NCBI GenBank assembly: GCA_037446215.1
Contig: JBBIJB010000037.1
Coordinates: 1-13,669, forward strand
Length of the DNA stretch: 13,669 bases
From: Armatimonadota bacterium
GTDB lineage: Bacteria > Sysuimicrobiota > Sysuimicrobiia > Sysuimicrobiales > Humicultoraceae
Direction of reading: 5' to 3'
The position numbers were made by a program, and so were the translations under genes. Positions 7,697-13,669 of the stretch are shown piece after piece. The notes below the pieces were generated by a model, which worked only from the letters and a program-made list of their open reading frames with translations, ran no database searches and was not told where the DNA came from. Each line of letters opens with the position of its first letter. Within the stretch, counting starts at the first letter, position 1.

Positions 7697-10149
7697 GGCG
7701 AGCCCTCCGCCCGGGGAGCGGTGCGTGGGCGCAGCGGCCTCAGGGCAACCCGAGTCCACCCGTCGGCCCCCGCCGGGAGGCCGTTGACGGGAAGGGCGTC
7801 GTAGCCGCGGGGCAGGAGAACCTGTCCCGGAAGGGTGGCATCACCCACCCGCGCCACGACCGCCAGGAGGGCATCTCCGGCGGCCAGCTCGACGAGTGCG
7901 CCGTCCTCCACACCGAGCCGCGCCGCGTCGCTCGGGTGAACGACGCAGTGCGGCGGACCCGCGACACCGGCCAGCCCGCGGCAGCGGCCGCTCATGCTCC
8001 CCGCCGCGAATAGACGGTCGACCCGCAGCAGCACCAGTCCCTGCTCCTGGGCAGGCGGCTCCTGGGCAGGCGGCTCCCCTCCCCCGATAGGAGCCGGGGC
8101 CGGTGGGGGCGGCAGCACCTCGCCCACGGCCAGCTCCGGCACTGCCGCGCGCATGCCGTCCAGCAGCTCATCCGAGGTGCCGTAGGTGATGGTGGCGCCC
8201 ATCCTGGAGGCGACGAGAGCGAATATCTCGGCGTCGCCGCGGGCCCTGCCCGGGCCCTTCACTGCCGGCTGAAGCGGCAGCACCCTGCCCTCGATGTTGG
8301 TCACGGTGCCTCCCTTCTCGGGAAGCACCAACGTGGGCAGCACCACGTCCGCCGCCTGCGCGGTGGCGGACATGAACGACTCGTGCACGACCAGCAGCCC
8401 GACCCCTCTGCGCGCGGCCTCCCAGGCCTCGCGATCCGAGACCGCGGTCGCGGGATCGCACCCGGCGACGTAGAGGAGGTCGATCTCACCCGCGGCAGCG
8501 GCGCGCAGGATGCCGCCCGCGTCCAGCCCTCCGTCCCCAGGAAGCAGGCCGAACCGCTGGGCACCGAAGTCGTTCCCCCTGCCCCTGGCCACGTGGACGA
8601 CTCCCCCGCAAGCCGCGGAGAGGCGGGCGCAGGCCTCGAGCGTGGCCCGGCCGTCGGGCGCGTCCAGCGCCAGGCGCCCCACAATGAAGTGCGGCCGCCG
8701 AGAGGAGGAGAGGAGGCCGGCGGCACCGGCGATCCCGTCTCTCCAGGTACCTCCCCCAACGCCGGGCCCGGCCGCTCCGTGCTGCGGCGGTAGGGTCGGG
8801 GTGCGGGCGGCCTCGACGGCCCCCGCCATCAGCGAGACGGCCTCGCCCAACCGTCCGTGCTCGACCACCAGCTCGCTGACGGCGTGCCTGCGCACCTCGA
8901 CGCGACCGGGATGAAGGACAAGTAGAGAGGCGCCCCGGTCCAGCGCCGCCTTGATTCGCAGCCACACCACCGGGTACTCCTCGGTGATGTCGCACCCGAC
9001 GAGCACCAAGGCGTCGGCCTGCCCGAGCTCCTCCAGCGTCGTGCAGAGCCCCCAGCGCACATCCAGCCCTACCGATCCCGAGGGCGCGTCCACGCGGTGG
9101 TCCAGATGGGGCGTCCCGACCACCTCCCCAAACAGCCTAGCGGCGACGAAGGCGTCCTCGTTGGTGAGGCGCCGGCCGCCCAAGAACGCCACCCGGCCGG
9201 GTCCGCCCTCGGTCGCGTACCGCAGCCAGGCCGACAGCAGGCCCAGCGCCTCGTCCCAGGTGGCCTCGCCCAGGTCGCCGTTGCGGCGCACGAGCGGCGT
9301 GCGCAGGCGCTCCTCAGAGCCGACGTAGTCGTGCCCGAAGAATCCCAGGTCGCACAGCCATACGTCGTTGATCCCGACCGCCTCGCGGGCCCTTGCCCGG
9401 ACTATCTTCCCGCCCCTCACGTCGAGCCAGGTAGCGCATCCCACCCCGCAGTAGGTGCAAGTCGAAGGGATGGGCCTGTTGTCCCAGGGCCTGGCGCGGA
9501 ACCTGTAGCTCCTGCTGGTGAGCGCGCCCACCGGGCAGATCGCCATCGTGTTGCCGATGAACTTGGACTCCACCGGGGCGGCGTGCGGCGTGCCGACCTC
9601 GCTCGCGAAGCCGCGCTCGAATCCTTTGAGGGCGTCGTCGCCTGCGACGATCTCGCCGAACCGTACGCACCGCCAGCACGCGATGCAGCGCTCCCGGTCG
9701 AGGGCGAGCAGGGGGCCCAGCGGAATCGGCTTCGCGAAGTCGCGCTTCGTCTCGACGAAGCGGCTGCGCGCCGGCCCGTACCGAAAGGTCTGGTCCTGCA
9801 GCGGGCACTCTCCGCCCTTGTCGCAGATGGGGCAGTCCAGGGGATGGTTGGCCAGGAGCAGCTCCAGCACGGCCCTCTGCGCCGCCACCACCTCCGCGCC
9901 CTTCGTATCGACGACCATCCCGTCCGCCGCCTCGAGCGTGCACGAGGCTGCCAGCTTTGGCATCTTCTCGACCCGCACCAGGCACATGCGGCAGGCGCCG
10001 AGCGGAGGCATCCGATCGTGATAGCAGAAGATCGGGATGTCGATCCCCGCCGCGCGGGCGGCCTGGTAGACGGTCGTGCCCGCCGGCACGGCGACCTCGA
10101 GCCCGTCTATCTCAAGCTTGATCATCCTGCGGGATGCCTCAACAGCCAT
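7693..10149 (-). CDS. nuoG: NADH-quinone oxidoreductase subunit G, 818 aa, with N1b, N5, N4 and N7 motifs
   Basis: N1b: IPIFCYH...GACRMCLV...ASC. N5: HPLDCPICDKGGEC. N4: CIACWRC...ICPVGAL. N7: CTYCGVGC-x27-C. The C-terminal part is molybdopterin-oxidoreductase-like (ADVVLP...EKGGTVTNIEGR, HPSDAARLGVEDG). ATG has GGAGG 6 nt upstream. Confidence 0.96.
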   Translation of the reverse strand: MAVEASRRMIKLEIDGLEVAVPAGTTVYQAARAAGIDIPIFCYHDRMPPLGACRMCLVRVEKMPKLAASCTLEAADGMVVDTKGAEVVAAQRAVLELLLANHPLDCPICDKGGECPLQDQTFRYGPARSRFVETKRDFAKPIPLGPLLALDRERCIACWRCVRFGEIVAGDDALKGFERGFASEVGTPHAAPVESKFIGNTMAICPVGALTSRSYRFRARPWDNRPIPSTCTYCGVGCATWLDVRGGKIVRARAREAVGINDVWLCDLGFFGHDYVGSEERLRTPLVRRNGDLGEATWDEALGLLSAWLRYATEGGPGRVAFLGGRRLTNEDAFVAARLFGEVVGTPHLDHRVDAPSGSVGLDVRWGLCTTLEELGQADALVLVGCDITEEYPVVWLRIKAALDRGASLLVLHPGRVEVRRHAVSELVVEHGRLGEAVSLMAGAVEAARTPTLPPQHGAAGPGVGGGTWRDGIAGAAGLLSSSRRPHFIVGRLALDAPDGRATLEACARLSAACGGVVHVARGRGNDFGAQRFGLLPGDGGLDAGGILRAAAAGEIDLLYVAGCDPATAVSDREAWEAARRGVGLLVVHESFMSATAQAADVVLPTLVLPEKGGTVTNIEGRVLPLQPAVKGPGRARGDAEIFALVASRMGATITYGTSDELLDGMRAAVPELAVGEVLPPPPAPAPIGGGEPPAQEPPAQEQGLVLLRVDRLFAAGSMSGRCRGLAGVAGPPHCVVHPSDAARLGVEDGALVELAAGDALLAVVARVGDATLPGQVLLPRGYDALPVNGLPAGADGWTRVALRPLRPRTAPRAEGSP
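7704..7708 (-). promoter_or_regulatory. Shine-Dalgarno site for nuoH
   Basis: GGAGG 7 nt upstream of the GTG at 7696. Confidence 0.7.
8043..8077. repeat. Perfect 15-bp tandem repeat (2.3 copies) inside nuoG
   Basis: gctcctgggcaggcg at 8043-8057 and 8058-8072, followed by gctcc. It encodes EPPAQ-EPPAQ-E on the minus strand. Confidence 0.9.
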
Positions 10150-11383
10150 GGCGCGCCTCCCCGGACAGGCGGCGGCCGTACTCCTCGCGGAACCTTCGCA
10201 GCGAGAGCACCAGGTTCGGAGGCACGCTCTCGCCCAGGGGACAGAAACAGGTGCCCGTCATCCCGGCGGCGATGCTCTCCAGCAGCCCGAGGTCCTCTTC
10301 CCGCCCGCCGCCGTGGAGGATCCGCTCCAGGATCTGGCCGATCCAGACGGTCCCCTCGCGGCACGGCGTGCACTTGCCGCACGACTCGTCACGGTAGAAC
10401 TCGACGGCCCGGGCGATCACCTCGACCATGTCGGAGGCGTCGTCCAGCACTATCACCGCGGCCGAGCCCATCATCGAGCCGGCCCCGCGGAGGCTGTCGT
10501 AGTCCAGGCGCACGTCCAGGTCGGACTCACAGAGCAGGGTCGACGAAGACCCGCCCGGGAAGGCGGCCTTGAAGCGCCTTCCAGGGGCCAGGCCTCCGGC
10601 GTGGTCGAAGATGAGCGTGCGCAGCGTCACGCCCAGCGGCAGCTCGTAGACGCCCGGGCGCCGTACGGCCCCGCTGACGGAGAACAGCGTGGGCGGCCCG
10701 AGCTCCTTGTAGCGCTGGGGCCCGAGCCCGACTATCGCGGGCACGTGGCAGAGGGTCTCGACGTTGTTGACCAGCGTCGGCTTCCCATAGAGGCCCGACT
10801 GCGCGGGGAACGGCGGTCGGAGCCGGGGCAGGGCCCTGCGTCCTTCCAGGGACTCGAGCAGCGCCGACTCCTCGCCCGCTATGTAGGCCCCGGCGCCCGA
10901 GTGGACCACTATCTCGACGCTGTGCTCCGTGCCGAGGAGTCGGTCGCCGATCAGGCCGGCTCGCCGCGCCTCCGCGATCGCCTCCTCGAGCAGGTGCCGG
11001 CACCTGTGGAACTCCCTCCTGAGGTAGATGTAGGCCCTGCGCGCGCCGATCGTCGCGGCCGCGATCACGATCCCCTCTAGCAGCAGGTGGGGGCACCCTT
11101 CCATCAGGGTGCGGTCCTTGAAGGTCCCCGGCTCGCCCTCGTCCGCGTTGACGACCACGTACTTGACCGGGGCCTCCCTCGGGATGAACTTCCACTTCTG
11201 CCCCGTGGGGAATCCGGCGCCGCCCTTGCCCCTTAGGCCCGAGTCGGCGAGCATCGCGATTACCTGGTCCGGGGTCAGCTCGGTGAGGGCCCGGCGCGCG
11301 GCCTGGTAGCCGCCCGCGGCGCGGTAGCCCTCGAGGCCCTGGGTCGCCTCGGATGTCCACCGGAGGAGGATGGAGTCCGACAC
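10139..11383 (-). CDS. nuoF: NADH-quinone oxidoreductase subunit F (FMN/NADH-binding, N3), 414 aa
   Basis: SGLRGKGGAGFPTG, NADEGEPGTFKDR, GAGAYIAGEESALLESLEG, PRLRPPFPA, PTLVNNVETL, and the N3 motif ESCGKCTPCREG...CFCPLG. The GTG start overlaps the nuoE TAG by one base (TAGTG). Confidence 0.96.
   Translation of the reverse strand: MSDSILLRWTSEATQGLEGYRAAGGYQAARRALTELTPDQVIAMLADSGLRGKGGAGFPTGQKWKFIPREAPVKYVVVNADEGEPGTFKDRTLMEGCPHLLLEGIVIAAATIGARRAYIYLRREFHRCRHLLEEAIAEARRAGLIGDRLLGTEHSVEIVVHSGAGAYIAGEESALLESLEGRRALPRLRPPFPAQSGLYGKPTLVNNVETLCHVPAIVGLGPQRYKELGPPTLFSVSGAVRRPGVYELPLGVTLRTLIFDHAGGLAPGRRFKAAFPGGSSSTLLCESDLDVRLDYDSLRGAGSMMGSAAVIVLDDASDMVEVIARAVEFYRDESCGKCTPCREGTVWIGQILERILHGGGREEDLGLLESIAAGMTGTCFCPLGESVPPNLVLSLRRFREEYGRRLSGEARHGC
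10156..10160 (-). promoter_or_regulatory. Shine-Dalgarno site for nuoG
   Basis: GGAGG 6 nt upstream of the ATG at 10149, inside the nuoF tail. Confidence 0.7.
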
Positions 11384-11904
11384 TACGGGTATCGCTCCAG
11401 GAGCCCTGGCAGCGCCTCGGGGCGCAGGCGCGGCCAGCGATCCTCGTCGACGAGCATCACCGGCGCCTCCTCACACGCCCCCAGGCACTCGACGGCGCGC
11501 AGGGTGAACCTGCCGTCAGGGGTGGTCTCGCCGGGGCCGACCCCGAGGATCTCCTGCATCCTCCGCGCCACGTCCCCGCAGCCGCAGATCATGCACGACA
11601 GGTTGGTGCAGAGCTGGATCACGTGACGCCCGACCGGCTCCAGGTAGAACAGCGTGTAGAAGGAGGCGACCGAGGTCACCTCTGAGAGGGGCAGATCCAG
11701 CGTCTCTGCCACCGCCTCCAGCGCCTCGGGCGAGAGGTAGCCGGCCTCCTCCTGCGCTACGAACAGCGCGGGGATGAGGGCGGACTGGCGGCGGTCGTAT
11801 AGGCGCGACAGGCCGCGGATCCTCTCTCGGGCGGCGGCCGAGAGCCCTGCCGCCCGGGCGGACTCGTCTTCCCCAACCCAGCCACCGCGCTCACCGGAGC
11901 TCAC
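11383..11904 (-). CDS. nuoE: NADH-quinone oxidoreductase subunit E ([2Fe-2S] N1a), 173 aa
   Basis: SALIPAL...AQEEAGYL, VASFYTLF, CTNLSC and ECLGACEEAP. The GTG start overlaps the nuoD TGA (GTGA). Confidence 0.95.
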   Translation of the reverse strand: MSSGERGGWVGEDESARAAGLSAAARERIRGLSRLYDRRQSALIPALFVAQEEAGYLSPEALEAVAETLDLPLSEVTSVASFYTLFYLEPVGRHVIQLCTNLSCMICGCGDVARRMQEILGVGPGETTPDGRFTLRAVECLGACEEAPVMLVDEDRWPRLRPEALPGLLERYP

Positions 11905-13109
11905 CGGTCCACGTCTCCCAGGATGATGTCCAGGCTGGCGATTGCGACCACCACGTCCGCGATGTATCCGTGGAAGATCATCACCGGCAGCGCCTGGAGG
12001 TTGTTGAACGTCGCCGACCGCACGCGCACGCGGGCCGGCCGGTTGCCGCCGTCGCTCACGATGTAGTAGCCCTTCTCACCGCGGGGCGACTCGACCGCCG
12101 CGTAGACCTCGCCGGCGGGCGGACGCAGCCCCTCGCTCACCAGCTTGAACTGGTGGATGACCGCCTCCATGCTCGTGACCAGCTCCGATCGCGGAGGCAG
12201 CGCTGCCTTGCGGTCGTCCACCAGGACAGGCCCTCCCGGCAGGCCCCCGAGCGCCTGCAGTATGATCCGCCTGCTCTGGCGCATCTCCTCGAGCCGGATG
12301 AGGTAGCGGTCGAAGGCATCTCCGTTCTTGCCCAGCGGCACGTCGAACTCGTAGCGGTCGTAGCCGCTGTAGGGGAAAGCCTTGCGCACGTCGTAGTTGA
12401 CGCCCGATCCGCGGAGGATCGGCCCGGTGCAGCCGTAGCCCAACGCATCCCTCGCCGAGAGCACCGCAACCCCCTCGGTGCGGCCCCGCCAGAGGAGGTT
12501 GTCGGTCAGCAGGGCTTCGTACTCGTCCAGACGCCCTGGAAGCCTCTCCATCAGGCGGCGAACCCGCTCCTCGAAGCCGTCGGGGAGGTCGCTCGCGAGG
12601 CCGCCGATCCTGTAGTAGCTGTGCATCATCCGCTGGCCGGAGACCATCTCGAAGACGTCCAGGATCTCCTCACGGTCCTGGAAGGCGTAGATGAAGACAC
12701 TGGTCACCTGCACGTCGAGCGCGCCGGAGCCGAGCCACACCAGGTGGCTCGCGATGCGCGAGAGCTCGGCGAGGATCACCCTGACCACCTGCGCCCTCTC
12801 CGGAGCGGTGATGCCCACGAGCTTCTCCACCGCCTGGACGTAGGCCATCTCCTCGATGAAGGTGGCCAGGTACTCGATGCGCGCCGGGAAGACGATGTTC
12901 TGGTGGTAGGTCCGGGTCTCCATCTGCTTCTCGAACCCGGTGTGCAGGTAACCGACCACGGGCTTGGTCCCTACGATCACCTCGCCCTCGAGGTCGAGTA
13001 TCAGGCGCAGCACCCCATGCGTTGCCGGGTGCTGAGGGCCCATGTTGATCGTGAGGACCTCGGTCCCCTGGTGGCCCGGGCGCGGGGGCTCCTCGAGATG
13101 GCGGTGCAT
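11901..13109 (-). CDS. nuoD: NADH-quinone oxidoreductase subunit D (49-kDa, quinone-binding), 402 aa
   Basis: INMGPQHPATHGVLRL, GYLHTGFEK, ELSRIASHL, TGPILRGSG, DAFDRYLIRLEEMRQS, MEAVIHQFK, ESPRGE, and the C-terminal LDIILGDVDR. The start codon is somewhat uncertain because the SD-like AGGAG is only 1 nt upstream. Confidence 0.97.
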   Translation of the reverse strand: MHRHLEEPPRPGHQGTEVLTINMGPQHPATHGVLRLILDLEGEVIVGTKPVVGYLHTGFEKQMETRTYHQNIVFPARIEYLATFIEEMAYVQAVEKLVGITAPERAQVVRVILAELSRIASHLVWLGSGALDVQVTSVFIYAFQDREEILDVFEMVSGQRMMHSYYRIGGLASDLPDGFEERVRRLMERLPGRLDEYEALLTDNLLWRGRTEGVAVLSARDALGYGCTGPILRGSGVNYDVRKAFPYSGYDRYEFDVPLGKNGDAFDRYLIRLEEMRQSRRIILQALGGLPGGPVLVDDRKAALPPRSELVTSMEAVIHQFKLVSEGLRPPAGEVYAAVESPRGEKGYYIVSDGGNRPARVRVRSATFNNLQALPVMIFHGYIADVVVAIASLDIILGDVDR

Positions 13110-13124
13110 GCTCCTGCGCGTCCC

Positions 13125-13669
13125 CTAGCCCGAGGCGTCGCCGCCGCGCATCGGCCGGGGCGTCACCTGGGGAATGATCTCGCTAGGCACCTTGGGGGTG
13201 TGGCCCACGAACTCGACCGGCTCCTCGGTCAGAGGGTAGTCCTTGCGCAGCGGGTGGCCCTCCCAGTCGTCCGGCAGGAGAATGCGGCCGGGATCGGGGT
13301 GGCCGACGAACCGCACGCCGAACATGTCGAACACCTCTCGCTCCAGCCAGTTGGCGCCGGACCAGAGCGGGGTGACGCTGGCCACCGAGGGCAGCTCCCC
13401 GGGCAGCCTAACCTTCATCCGGATGCGCACAGGCGCACCGAGCGCGGTCAGGAGGTAGACCACCTCGAACCTGGGCTCGGCCGGGTGGCGATCCACCGCG
13501 GTCAGATCCGTCAGGAGGAGCTCTCCCTCGACCGCCTCGCGCAACGCGCCCAGGGCCTCCAGGATCAGCTCGGCCGGCACGAACACGGTCGTCTCGCCGC
13601 GGAACTCGACGGCCTCGACCGCGGCGTCCCCGAACCGCTCCCGCAGACGATCCAGCAACGCCGCCGCAC
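13125..13669 (-). CDS. nuoC: NADH-quinone oxidoreductase subunit C, 5'-partial
   Basis: LTDLTAVD, RFEVVYLL, ANWLEREVFDMFGVRFVGHPD, RILLPDDWEGHPLRKDYP. The frame stays open beyond the track TTG at 13658 to the window edge (GCG GCG GCG), so the true start is probably outside the window. Confidence 0.95.
   Translation of the reverse strand, partial: AAALLDRLRERFGDAAVEAVEFRGETTVFVPAELILEALGALREAVEGELLLTDLTAVDRHPAEPRFEVVYLLTALGAPVRIRMKVRLPGELPSVASVTPLWSGANWLEREVFDMFGVRFVGHPDPGRILLPDDWEGHPLRKDYPLTEEPVEFVGHTPKVPSEIIPQVTPRPMRGGDASG

Noticed and set aside
7697..7759. N-terminal extension of NuoH in the ORF track
   Set aside because: It overlaps the nuoG 3' end. The GTGA overlap and GGAGG support a start at 7696.
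7693..10149. NuoG as a formate dehydrogenase alpha subunit or a selenoprotein
   Set aside because: There is no in-frame TGA and no Cys/Sec-His Mo-ligand motif (the region reads LDHRVD). Operon position and motifs fit NuoG.
1023..11080. Long plus-strand ORFs (1023..2102, 2183..3394, 6164..7243, 9097..10572, 10076..11080 and others)
   Set aside because: They are antisense shadows of GC-rich genes, where stop codons are rare, and show no recognisable motifs.
11889..11907. Direct repeat gctcaccgg x2 at the nuoD/nuoE junction
   Set aside because: Nine bp in GC-rich DNA, with no inserted element between the copies. At most a small local duplication, with no support for a target-site duplication or operator.
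1..13669. A novel system, alternative genetic code, extra antiporter subunit (2M-type complex I), CRISPR array or mobile element
   Set aside because: Gene order and number are canonical with single nuoL, M and N. Every gene ends at the expected place under the standard code, and no intergenic gap exceeds 27 bp, leaving no room for other elements.

Overview
GC-rich bacterial DNA (about 70% GC by eye). Almost the whole window is a canonical respiratory complex I (NADH:quinone oxidoreductase) operon on the minus strand: nuoC (5' end cut by the window edge), then nuoD-E-F-G-H-I-J-K-L-M-N. The genes are tightly packed, with overlapping stop/start codons and Shine-Dalgarno sites inside upstream genes. 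The operon converges, 27 bp apart, on the 3' half of a plus-strand lgt-family gene. All Fe-S ligand motifs expected in these subunits are present (N1a, N3, N1b, N4, N5, N7, N6a/b), as are the antiporter Glu/Lys residues, and I see no frameshifts. I found no mobile element, CRISPR array, RNA gene or novel system: this is core metabolism. The points worth a second look are small. They are a Glu-to-Gly change at a near-invariant NuoH loop residue, a divergent NuoF flavin/NADH-site region, non-canonical NuoD and Lgt motif residues, strong TAG stop usage, two in-frame TAG gene junctions and a perfect 15-bp duplication in a NuoG linker. All consensus comparisons are from recalled family motifs, not computed alignments.
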